Source: Octopus bimaculoides
Lineage: Eukaryota
Length of the DNA stretch: 64,000 nucleotides
Direction: 5' to 3'
Assembly: GCF_001194135.2 (NCBI RefSeq)
Contig: NC_068996.1
Span: 7,261,831 to 7,325,830 of the forward strand
The notes under the pieces are model-generated. The model searched no databases. It saw only the letters and a list, made by a program, of their open reading frames with translations, and was not told the DNA's origin. Position 1 is the first letter of the stretch. Every line of letters starts with the position of its first letter. This document shows, in pieces, positions 52,560 through 64,000 of the stretch. The translations under genes and the position numbers were made by a program.

Positions 52560-53273
52560 CTGGAGAGCAGCACCCTTTCTTTCTCCCCCCCACTCCCTTT
52601 CTCTTATTCAAGTGATACTTGAAGAAGTTGTAGTGATACTACTACTGCTGCTACAACTACTAATAATAATAATAATAATGTATAAGTAGAATGTTTTTTG
52701 TTTTACTTAAGACAAAAATATCTTAATGAAACATATTTGAGAAATAGGATTTCATATATATANNNNNNNNNNNNNNNNNNNNNNNNNNNNNNNNNNNNNN
52801 NNNNNNNNNNNNNNNNNNNNNNNNNNNNNNNNNNNNNNNNNNNNNNNNNNNNNNNNNNNNNNNNNNNNNNNNNNNNNNNNNNNNNNNNNNNNNNNNNNNN
52901 NNNNNNNNNNNNNNNNNNNNNNNNNNNNNNNNNNNNNNNNNNNNNNNNNNNNNNNNNNNNNNNNNNNNNNNNNNNNNNNNNNNNNNNNNNNNNNNNNNNN
53001 NNNNNNNNNNNNNNNNNNNNNNNNNNNNNNNNNNNNNNNNNNNNNNNNNNNNNNNNNNNNNNNNNNNNNNNNNNNNNNNNNNNNNNNNNNNNNNNNNNNN
53101 NNNNNNNNNNNNNNNNNNNNNNNNNNNNNNNNNNNNNNNNNNNNNNNNNNNNNNNNNNNNNNNNNNNNNNNNNNNNNNNNNNNNNNNNNNNNNNNNNNNN
53201 NNNNNNNNNNNNNNNNNNNNNNNNNNNNNNNNNNNNNNNNNNNNNNNNNNNNNNNNNNNNNNNNNNNNNNNNN

Positions 53274-53317
<44 letters not shown>

Positions 53318-53734
53318 ATGTATATAAGGACAGACTTGTTTATAATATGTGTACACACACTAAACAAGTCTACAGTTCCTTATCAATTCTTAATATTAAA
53401 ACTATTCCAGAATTTAACACTTTTAAGGTCACGAATGACTTCCACAACAGTACTTTGTAATGGTTACTACCACTGCCAAAGCTACTACTACTAATTTCAC
53501 CACTACCAGCATTAGCACCACCACTACAATTGCAGCAACTTCCTGTTACTACTATGACTTTATGCTGAGCCAAGAAAGGTGCTTTATACATGGTTGCTCG
53601 GCTTGCTAGAAATAGCACCCAAATTTACTTTGTTTAATATATCCTTTCTTATTTTTTTTATGGTAAAGTGTATAATTCAAAGTAACTCCCTGCCCCATGC
53701 ACACTCACTTGAATACCTGTGGTCATATGCTTTG

Positions 53735-54038
53735 CTAATCAGTGCTGAGCTGTGGTTATGCCACTGAACTGGCTCCCATGCAGGTGGCATGTAAAAAAAC
53801 ACCTTTTTGAGCGTGGCCGTTGCCAGTACCGTGTGACTGGCCCTCGTGCCGGTGGCACGTAAAAGCACCCACTACACTCTCGGAGTGGTTGGCATTAGGA
53901 AGGGCATCCAGCTGTAGAAACTCTGCCAGATCAGATTGGAGCCCGGTGCAGCCATCCGGTTCACCAGTCCTCAGTCAAATCTTCCAACCCATGCTAGCAT
54001 GGAAAGCAGACGTTAAACGACGGTGATGATGGTGATGA
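53735..54038 (+). mobile_element. SINE family A 3' part
   Basis: Internal GGTGGCAYGTAAAA repeats plus tail. Confidence 0.85.
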
Positions 54039-54071
54039 AAAGCATGTAACTACTCATCCTTATCATTTTTA

Positions 54072-54285
54072 CCCTTTAGCATTCAGATTCTGTCAAATGC
54101 AATGATTATCTATTCACACTTTGTATTAATCATACATTATCTTGAAGCTTCAAAATTTCAATGATGTGATTGTTTATTTTTAGAATAACATTGTAGGATA
54201 AGTGTAAGAGACCAGATCTAGCCAGTTTGAATGTGAAACAGGCAAAATATCTGGGCCAGTTATGATCAGATTAAATGCTAATGGG
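54072..54285. mobile_element. piggyBac-like MITE
   Basis: TIRs CCCTTTAGCATT / AATGCTAATGGG (11/12); TTTA on both flanks. Confidence 0.65.
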
Positions 54286-54543
54286 TTTAATGTCCACTTT
54301 TCATGCTTGCATGAGTTGGACAGTTTATTGAGGCAGCTTTTCTACAGCTGGATGCCCTTCATGTTGCCAACCTTCACCTGTTTCCTATCAAAGTACTTAC
54401 TATTTTCCTATTACCAGGCATGATTTTGCTGAACATTGGAAGCAAACAACACTGCTTGTATGACAGTATCATGTGATGTCAAGACAAGGCAGCATACACA
54501 CACACACATGCATGCATATTTATATGTATCATGTGTCTATCTG

Positions 54544-54603
<60 letters not shown>

Positions 54604-55412
54604 TCTGAAATTGAACAACTAGATTGCGCTGTGTCATCTATGTGGTTAGTAAACCTGCTAGAAATAATAGCAAAATCTCCACCCAATCACATCATTTTGA
54701 AAGGAGGAGGTAATGTAGTCCAAAAAAAGATGGGCTGGTCATAGCTGGAATTCCATTGACTATTATTTTACTTTATCAGAGCTTACCTGGAGTTAAACAA
54801 CACTAAATGCAACTATTACACATGACTACTTAAGCAAGAAATTAACTGCATTATAGGTGTTCAGTCTTCTAGAAATAACAGCCAAATTTTCCTCATTTTA
54901 AAAATAGATATTTTGGACAATGTAGCTTTGGGCACACAATAAAAAAAATAATAATAATTTGATTGCTTATGATTGGAACAATTCAGATCCAAAAATCTGC
55001 TCTGTTGGAGCTGATCTGGGGTTAAACAAACAAAATCAACATAGTACTACTACATTAACTTATTTTAACTGTAAACACTGTTTTTTTAGTAAGTTATCCC
55101 TTTCATACATCTGCTAACAACATTATGTAATTGCTATCATTATTGCTGTTACTTATATGTCTTGGCTGTGTGGTGAAGCAGTTTACTTTATAACTACAAG
55201 GTTTCTAGTTCAATAGCACGGTGCAAAATTTGGGGCAAATGTGAATTAAATTTGGTAGATGGAAAATATGTGGAAATCTTTTAGCATGACTGTTCCTTAT
55301 TGGTAGATTTAATCTGATACCTAGTTTAACACCACTGCTATCATCTGACTCTTGGTATCTTTAGCAGAATACCTCTGTTGCTAGGTCTACAGACTGCAGA
55401 TAATTAACTTAC

Positions 55413-55484
55413 TCTTTGCTATCAAACCAGTCTCACAAGCCATGGAAAAGTCATTGGTGCTGTCTATTTTCACTTGATTTACTC
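55413..55484 (-). CDS. Candidate internal coding exon (72 nt, phase 1 to 1)
   Basis: Acceptor with a long T-tract ending TAAG|GA; donor AGA|GTAAGT; the two other frames stop before the donor; VNQVKIDSTNDFSMACETGLIAK. Confidence 0.55.
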
Positions 55485-55632
55485 CTTAAAAAAAATAAAT
55501 ATTCTAAGTCTTGTTTTTAGATAGATTAATCCTTTCATAGTCAACACTTATTTGTGGAAATCACCATACAGTGTGCTGTAGCCATCAAGGGCTAGTAACA
55601 TTTTGCATTTGCAAGATAAGTCAATTTTGGTC

Positions 55633-56168
55633 TTTTTGGCCACACATATCAAAACTCCATGTGTTTCAAAAGGGTTAAGCATTTTCCAGTCTGGAAATTG
55701 AACCCATGATTTTACGATTGTGTGAGACAGTTTAAACACTAGGTAGACCACTCACCTTCACACCTGTAGTAAATTATCTAATAACTATTCAACATCAATT
55801 ACTAAATGCTATTATTAATGGTTTAATAAAGGTGGTGAGTTAGCAGAATCAGTAGCACACCAGGCAAAATGCTTAGCAGTATTTTGTCTGTCTTTATGTT
55901 CTGAGTTCAAATCCTGCCAGGGTCAGCTTTGCTTTCAGGGATGATACAATAAGTACCAGTTGAACACTGGAGTTGAGGTAATTAACTTACCCCATCCACT
56001 GAAACTGCTGGCCTTGTGTCAAAATTTGAAACCATTTTTGACTGCACATATCAAAACCCCATATGTCTCAAAAGGGTTAAGCATAATCCAGTCTGGAAAT
56101 TGAACCCATGACTTTACAATTGTGTGAGTCAGTTTAAACACCAGGTAGACCACTCATCTTCATATCTG
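55633..56168. repeat. 134-bp direct repeat (55633-55766 / 56035-56168) enclosing a C2 SINE
   Basis: About 15 mismatches in 134 bp by eye. Confidence 0.85.
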
Positions 56169-56330
56169 AATTTAAACTGGCCATGTCTGACCAGATATTT
56201 TACCTGTTTTATATTCACACTGGCCTGATCCAGCATCTCACACCTACCTCGCAATCTCATTTTAGAAATAAAGTCATATTTTCTAAATCTCTAAGCTACA
56301 AGATAATTTATAATTAATCTTAAAAAATCT

Positions 56331-56687
56331 GAGTGGCTGTGTGGTAAGTAGCTTGCTTACCAACCACATGGTTCCAGGTTCAATCCCACTGCATGGCACC
56401 TTGGGCAATTGTCTTCTACTAGAGCCTTGGGCTGACCAAAGCCTTGTGAGTAGATTTGGTAAATGGACACTGAAAGAAGCCCATCATGTGTGTGTGTGTG
56501 TGTGTGTTTATCCCCCCAACATCGCTTGACGACCGATGCTGGTGTGTTTACATCCCTGTAACTTAGCAGTTCGGCAAAAGAGACCGATAGACTAAGTACT
56601 AAGCTTACAAACAATAAGTCCTGTGGTTGATTTGCTCGACTAAGGGCGGTGCTCCAGCATGGCCACAGTCAAATGACTGAAACAAGT
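56331..56687 (+). mobile_element. SINE family B, near full length
   Basis: High similarity to 21194-21610. Confidence 0.9.
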
Positions 56688-57475
56688 TATTCTTTTATTC
56701 TTTTCAGAGTAATATGAATACTTAAAGGGTTAATACTTTTAGTAGGTGCTTGTAATTTATAACTTGTAATTCGTTGATGGTGGGTGAGAGGGCAGTGTAG
56801 GTGCATGGTATTCATAATCCTTTGTAGGACCCCTGATGGTTGAGATTGATTTCCAGTTTGAACATTTTATTGCCATCTGCAATTAAAAGAAAAAAAAACA
56901 ATGAAAGGGTTAAATTTTATTAATTATGAAATTACAATTTTAATTCTTAACACAGGTTTAAAAGAAATGAAAAATTGCTTTAGTTCATGATTAAACTTTA
57001 GGCTGTACAAAGGTCTTTAAAAATATTTGTTCTATTTTATATTGAAAAATCTAAATTCGTTAAACTGTTTTGAAAATAAATCATTTAAGAGATTTCAATT
57101 TTTGAAATCTTTTCAATTCTTAAATTATTTATATTCAAGTGTCTGCTAAACAATTTATGTTCAACAATTTATGTACAAAAATTTGAATTTGGTAAACAAT
57201 TTATATGCAACAATGTTAATTTGATAAACAATTTGTGTGCAAAAGAAAAATTAAAAAAAACTAAGCTGAATCAACTAAAACAAATAAGTTTTGGGTGGAA
57301 TGAAATGAAAAGAAAAAAAAATGAATTAAAAATATATATTTAAAGAAAAATGTATTGTTTAACTCATGTCTGAATCATAACAAATATTTTGAATTACTCT
57401 GCATGCGTGTGTGTGTATATATGTCCAACCACACACATACATAAACAGCCACAACTACACACACACACACATACC

Positions 57476-57753
57476 TCCTTCTCTTGCACTCTCCTGTCTT
57501 TGAAAAGAATTTTTTCTCCACCCTTTCCCTTCCAGTCATTCCAATATGTGATTGCGTGTGCATCGTTGGTGATTTTCTTTCTCTGTCTTCCCTTCTTTGG
57601 ACTTGTCCTATATTTCTGATGAAGAGTTCCGCTCGAAATGTGAAATCGTCTTTCTTTTCTTTCCTTTCCTGAGTGTCCAATAACAATGTACTTATTCCAT
57701 GTCCTCGCGTTGTTGTTTTTTCGTTCTTTTTCTTGCTTGTTCATGTTTGAATT

Positions 57754-57756
<3 letters not shown>
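57476..57756 (+). mobile_element. Short HHR-bearing repeat, third family
   Basis: Lies between (CA)n and (TA)n; contains CTGATGA...GAAA. Confidence 0.5.
57612..57646 (+). ncRNA. Minimal hammerhead motif, probably inactive
   Basis: ATTT CTGATGA A GAG-TTCCG-CTC GAAA TGTG AAAT; position 17 is G (not NUH). Confidence 0.5.
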
Positions 57757-57798
<42 letters not shown>

Positions 57799-58994
57799 AT
57801 GTATGTGTGCTGTGTATGTATATATCATCATCATCATTTAACATCTGTTTTCCATGCAGGCATGGGTTTGATGGTTTTACAAAAATTGGTCAGCTGGAGA
57901 TCTATTCAGGCTCCATTATCTGTCCGAGAATAGTTTCTACAGCTGGATGCCCTTCCTAATACCAACCACTTTACAGTGTACTGGGTGCCCTTTTTATGTT
58001 GTGCTGGCACAAGTATTTTTTACATGCCACCAGCACAAGTGGGAGATTAATATTGCACAAGGTCTTCTGGCATGCTACACTTTGTAACTTGCCTGCAAAC
58101 CCTGTGCATCCATAGCTGAAACTCAGAGTAGCAAGAGACTAACTTGACCAAAATATTATATACATGTCATTACAATCAGTTGTCATAATCATGATTGTTG
58201 TTATTTATATTACTGTATAAATTGAGGACAATTGGGTTGCTAATTTTAGCTGTCATGTCACTATACACATACTTCAGAATAGCCTCAATATATTGCTGTT
58301 AGAAATGTTATTGTTACTGTTTTTTAAAATTGGATGGAGTATTGCAATATTGAAATTTTGTTACATTATATAAGTTTTGGTAAATCTTCTGTTTAATAAT
58401 ATGACAGGGTCACTTTATTGTAGTGTAATCTCTTGGAGTTGTAGAGTTATACAGTGTCTAGAATGCTACTGTGATGTGATATAATATCTGAAGTAATAAT
58501 GTAATGTATAATTTAGCATAGTGGCTGAGAGGTGATAATGAAAGCATTGTTTGTAATGGTAACATAATGTAATATCTAAGGTGGTAATGCATTGTAGCAT
58601 AATGCTGTGTCTGGAGCAGTACCATTATTTTTGTGCTATAATAGATTAATATTTATATGGCTAGACAGTATGTTCTGCTTTCTCAATATTTCATAGAAAG
58701 CTAAAGTAGCAAGCTGGCAGAATCATTAGCACACCAAGTAAAATGCTTGTCTTTATGTTCTAAGTTCGAATGCCACTAAGGCTGACCTTTGCCTTTCATA
58801 TTTTTGGGGTGAGTAAAATAAGTACCAGTTAAGCACTGGGGTTGATATAATTAACTTGCCTCCTCTCTTGAAATTACTGACCTTATGCCAAAATTTGAAA
58901 TCAATATTTCATTAAAAACTCTTTACTTTCTTTTTATGCTTGTTTGCAGCTTCTACTTATCACTATACAGAGTAAGGCACTTTACAAATAGTTG

Positions 58995-59050
<56 letters not shown>

Positions 59051-59124
59051 TTATATATNNNNNNNNNNNNNNNNNNNNNNNNNNNNNNNNNNNNNNNNNN
59101 NNNNNNNNNNNNNNNNATATATAT

Positions 59125-59296
59125 GCCATGATAAATCGCTAACCACTACACACATTTTTTTTCTCTCCTTGTTTCTTTCTGTGGAAGAGCATAGGCTCGA
59201 AACGTTAAAGACATTTCAATTCCCAAGCGTTATACTAATACATCTGTTTGTTTTCTACACCATCTGTCATCTGTTGTTTTTTTGTGAATTCTCCCT
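59125..59296 (+). mobile_element. Short HHR-bearing repeat, same family as 10538
   Basis: TA runs on both sides. Confidence 0.6.
59175..59210 (+). ncRNA. Minimal hammerhead motif with A6U core variant
   Basis: CTTT CTGTGGA A GAGC-ATAG-GCTC GAAA CGTT AAAG. Confidence 0.55.
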
Positions 59297-59297
59297 A

Positions 59298-59330
<33 letters not shown>

Positions 59331-59616
59331 ATGTGTGTGTATGTGTGCATTTATATTACTGTACCAACCAGACTATTCAGCATTGCTATACACTGGTCAC
59401 TATGCGCTTCCTTGCTTTTCAATGATGCCATCTCACTGGCTAAGAGGGCAGGCCAACATTAATCCTGAATGGAACACCAGTTTGTCACAGGATTACCCAT
59501 TTACAGCTGAAAGGACAGGAGCACCATGAAATGAAGTGTTTTGCTCAAGAATACAAGACACAGTCAATTGAAAGCACACTCTTACAATTGTCAATGCAAC
59601 ACCCTAATGACTAGAC

Positions 59617-59720
59617 CAGTGGTTTCCAACCTGGGATCCACACACCCCTGGTAGTTTGCAAAGGTAGTACTGGGGCGGGGGGGTCTGTGAACTAAATTCA
59701 AAATTTTGTGTGTATGTATA

Positions 59721-59757
<37 letters not shown>

Positions 59758-59827
59758 GCACACACACAGATAAGCATATTAAAAGAAGTCTGGGGAAATT
59801 CATTTAAATAAGAGTTGGGGACCACTG
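59617..59827. mobile_element. hAT (Charlie-like) MITE
   Basis: TIRs CAGTGGTTTCCAAC / GTTGGGGACCACTG; flanks GACTAGAC / GTCTATAC (each one change from GTCTAGAC). Confidence 0.75.
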
Positions 59828-60314
59828 GTCTATACCATGCACATTAACACACACACACATGCACACATAAACATGCAAAAAATATGCTTACAGTTATTTT
59901 AGTTCATGTAAATGAAATATTTAATGACAATGACTAAATGATTAGTTAATGCTAAAAATTAAATAAATTGGAAGAATGGATCTCAAATGTAACTTAGGAA
60001 GAAACTATTTATGGCAAGGTATCTCATAAGACATCTAAAAGTCTCCGTAACAATTCACCTTGTGAGTCACTGTTAAACAAACAATGGTAGTTACTTATTT
60101 AGCCACATCAGATGTAACAGTTGAGAGAAAATAGTGAAGCAGTCATTTTATACATCAAAACAAAGTAATTATATATAGAAAGATAGTTGAAATACATCTA
60201 GGTTTCTTTATTGGAGGAATTAAGTTGGAACATGTTTGGTTTGGGATTCAGGCTCAGTATGGCACCTTGGGCTAGTGTCTTCTACTATAGGCACCAACAT
60301 GTCTGTATGTTTAA

Positions 60315-60494
60315 CCCTTCACAGCATACTCTGTCAAACCATAATGCTTATTTATTCATATTCACAGCTTTGAGATTTCAATGTGTGACTGTTTATTTTC
60401 AAATGACATTGCAAGAAGCCAGATCTGGCAAGCTTGAACATAAAACAAGTAAATTATTTTGGCTGATTTTATGGCCAGTTTAAATGCTAAAAAG
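60315..60494. mobile_element. piggyBac-like MITE
   Basis: TTAA on both flanks; family interior. Confidence 0.6.
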
Positions 60495-60912
60495 TTAAGA
60501 AATTGACTTCCCAACTATGTGGTTTTGGGTTCAGTCCCTCTGCAAGGCAGCTTGAACTTGTATCTTTTGTCTCAGGCCAGCCAAAGCCTTGTTGGTGTAT
60601 TTGGTAGATGGAAACTGGAAGAATCTTGTCATATATGTAAGTGTTTGTGTCTCCTTATTTTGACATCATATTATTATGAAACAAGTGTCATCCCCATCCT
60701 GTATTTTTCATTTCCACTCCTCTGCAAAAACATTACCTAGTCATGGGGAAAATATTATTTTACTTGGAAACAGGTGAGGGTTAGCAACAGGAAGGACATA
60801 TAGTCACAGAAAATCTGCCTCAATGAATTCTGTGTGACCCATGCTAGCAGAGAAAATCAGATTTTAAAATTATGACAATGATGATGATCCTTGGTAGTGC
60901 AGTTTTATTTAA

Positions 60913-61132
60913 CCCTTTAGCATTTTAACCAGTTATATATCTGCCCCAAATTTTCTGCCTGTTTTATGTTCAAATTGGCCATATCTGGTCTCTCACCGAT
61001 ACCTAACAATGTCATTCGAAACATAAGCAATCACATCATCGAAATCTCAAAGCTACAAGATAATGCATGCTTAATTCAAAACAATGAATAAATAAGCATT
61101 ACTTTTGATGGAATGATGTGAATGCTAAAGAG
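60913..61132. mobile_element. piggyBac-like MITE
   Basis: TTAA-CCCTTTAGCATT ... AATGCTAAAGAG. Confidence 0.65.
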
Positions 61133-61499
61133 ATAAGCATGGTTTTGAGAGTGCATTGTGACACAACAGGTAGCTGGTGTGTAGTATGCCTCTCTGTGAA
61201 TAAAAAAAACATAGATATATGCAACAGAAAAAGAAAGCAAGTGTAAATGTGTGTGTATGTGTGTATCTTATGTTTGTATAGACCAGGTGTATATGATTAA
61301 CAACTGTAGAATTTTTTTTTTTTTTAACTGAGAAATGGAAAAGAAAAAAAAAATCATTAAAATTTCCTTAAGTAATTTAATATTCTGTTAATTTTGACCT
61401 TGTGTAGTGAATGTGTAATGTAATATTGTGGTTTGTGTGCGTGTGTGTGTGTAAGCAGGTTGTTCATCTGTGATTATTTCTCTTTGGGAATAGGGCATC

Positions 61500-61797
61500 T
61501 GTAGTCTTTCAACTATGGAGATGGGGATAGAGTGAAAGAGAAAAATTAAAGGGAGAAAGAGTGGGGGTAGGATATTCAGAAAGAATGGAGAAAGAGATGT
61601 TGAAATGGAGTGAGAGAGAGGGAAGTTGGAGTTAGAAAAGAACTGCAAAATGACGAAGTGAAATAGAGAGAAAGGATGAAAGGAAATATTGCAGAAAGGA
61701 AGGAAAAGGTGAGGAAGGAAAAGTAATGGTGGTAGGCAAGTGAGAAGGATTAAGAAAAGCGGAAAGAGTGAGAGATAAGTGACACACACACACACAC

Positions 61798-61831
<34 letters not shown>

Positions 61832-61963
61832 NNNNNNNNNNNNNNNNNNNNNNNNNNNNNNNNNNNNNNNNNNNNNNNNNNNNNNNNNNNNNNNNNNNNN
61901 NNNNNNNNNNNNNNNNNNNNNNNNNNNNNNNNNNNNNNNNNNNNNNNNNNNNNNNNNNNNNNN

Positions 61964-61997
<34 letters not shown>

Positions 61998-62400
61998 TAA
62001 AAGAAATGGTAAAGAGAAAGAATGGTTAAAAAGAATGAGAACAGGTAAAAGTGAGAGAGTGAGTTTAAGAAGAAAAAATGGTAGAAATAGACAGAGCAAC
62101 ATAAAGAAATGTAGAGGATTAAATGGAGAGAGAGTGAGAGAGTGTGTGTGAGGGATGGTAAAGAGGTGGATGGAAATGGAATAAGAGATGTTGTGAAGAG
62201 CTGGGTGGGAGTTAGAAATAAAAAGGGGTGGGAGTAGAATGTAAAATAATGAGAAAGTAAGAATGAGAGACAGGAGTAGCAAGAGAAAGAAGAAAAAGAT
62301 GAAAAGGAACAGGTAAGAGACGTGAAAATATGGAGGAGTAAGAGAAGAATGGAGTGAGAGATAGTGTGAAAGACCAAATGAACAAGGAGAAAGTCAGATA
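61500..62400. repeat. Low-complexity polypurine tract interrupted by (CA)/(TA)n and a gap
   Basis: Read directly; source of the 329-aa pseudo-ORF. Confidence 0.85.
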
Positions 62401-62500
62401 GTTCTTTAAATTACCTGATCAAACTGGACAATATGCTGCAACTCGTCAAAATTTAAGGAAGTGTCTACTGACAAATCTATGAAATTATTGCATGCAAGAG

Positions 62501-62568
<68 letters not shown>

Positions 62569-63095
62569 ACTATTTCTCACTAACAATATCTACTTTGTAT
62601 TCAATGATGGAGTNNNNNNNNNNAGTCTTTGTATGGTCAGTTGATTAGAAATAAGACAAATCTCCCTCAAATCACATATTCTATGATTTTTTTTTTTTTT
62701 TTTGATAAAGAAAACGGTGGAGGTAAGATGTGTTATATAATGTGGTCCTTGACACAGTCACTATTCCCGAAAACAAGGTGGGCTGATCATGCACTGTTAG
62801 GGCCAGCTGGGCCTAAACAACAACTTCAGTCAACAGTTTCGAACTCAAATACAGGGCCTAACTGCACTTTAATAACAAAATTAAATTGATAGATATGCTT
62901 AAAAAAAAGTTCAAATATACTACCTTCAATACAACTGTTAATAAGTTATGACAATGAAGATGTTGAGCTCTCAATCATAAGGTCTTAGATTCAATTCTTG
63001 AACTAGCTACTGCATTGTGTTCTTGAGCAAGATACTACTTTTCACCTTTCTCTTATCTATTCAGCTGAAAAAAGGACTTGTAGACTGGTGCTGGT

Positions 63096-63153
<58 letters not shown>

Positions 63154-63299
63154 CTCTCTCCCACATTCTTAGGGTTCTGTTAGGTCAAAGGAGAGGGCTG
63201 AAAGTATGTATGCATGTGATGACATAAACACCTTTGTAAAAACATGGTACAAGGTATCAGATCATACTCTCTTGTGAGTGACTGCTAAGTTTTTCCCAA

Positions 63300-63537
63300 C
63301 TGCATTCCCACATTATGAAATACCAACAGAAAAGTGTTATAAGTATACAACCAAAAACTGTCTTAAATAAGGACAAAAACTATATTCTGGGGATATACAA
63401 TGCACAGAAACAGAGGGATCAAGGCTAATCTGTCACATATTGTTGTCAGAGATTACCAGGAAAGGAGGTACCTTCTAACTGAAGTATCACTTCTCATAGA
63501 CAACACCATATGTCTCAAAGAACTGGAGAAATTATAA
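63300..63537 (+). mobile_element. R4-clade retrotransposon RLE-domain fragment
   Basis: 63379-63537 reads TIFWGYTMHRNRGIKANLSHIVVRDYQERRYLLTEVSLLIDNTICLKELEKL*, a degenerate form of ILWD..TD..I.ANRPDIVV; upstream HYEIPTEK. Confidence 0.7.
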
Positions 63538-64000
63538 CCGTTCTTTCTACTATTGGCACAAGATCTGAAATTTTGTAGGAAGGGGAATAGTCAATTACAT
63601 TAACCAGTTCTCAATTGGTAATTGATTTTGTCAACCCTGAAAGAATGAAAGGCAAAGTTGACTTCAGTGGAATTTGAACTCATTGTGTAAAGATGAACAA
63701 AATGGTTAACATGTTGTCCAGCATGCTAACAATTCTCCCAGCTTACCTCCTTAACAATGATAATAATAATCCTTTCTACAATAGGCACAAGGCCTCCTAC
63801 TATGAAGTTTGGGGGTGGGGTAATTGTTTAAAATGATGTCAGTATTCACTGGTATTTTATCAAACCCAGAGTAAAATCACATAAGTCCATTTATTGTATG
63901 AGACAAAGAGCAGTCAGTTTAACAGTACACCAGAATATTACTGGTACTTATTTCATTCAAATAAGAATTCTAAATGAAATTTTGTTCTTCAAACATTAAT

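Overview
AT-rich, microsatellite-saturated eukaryotic genomic DNA with 9 N-gaps. The SINE set resembles that of octopus (Octopus sp.), but this is recognition from memory, not a database check. There are no prokaryotic features: no operons, CRISPR or rRNA. Nearly all ORFs in the supplied track are microsatellite or low-complexity artefacts. The window is dominated by tRNA-derived SINEs of about four modular families (labelled A-D here), piggyBac-like (TTAA) and hAT/Charlie-like MITEs, and decayed R4/Dong-type and RTE-type LINE fragments. A phase-compatible chain of short minus-strand exon candidates (55.5 kb to 20.5 kb) may be a large-intron gene of unknown identity. The most notable signal is six hammerhead-ribozyme (HHR) motifs from about five unrelated small repeats. 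Two stand out: (i) a tRNA-like Pol III head joined to an intact minimal HHR (37974-38235, minus); (ii) an ORF-less 800-bp element with direct plus inverted repeats, as in Penelope-like elements (PLEs), carrying an HHR with an extended stem II (12010-12808).
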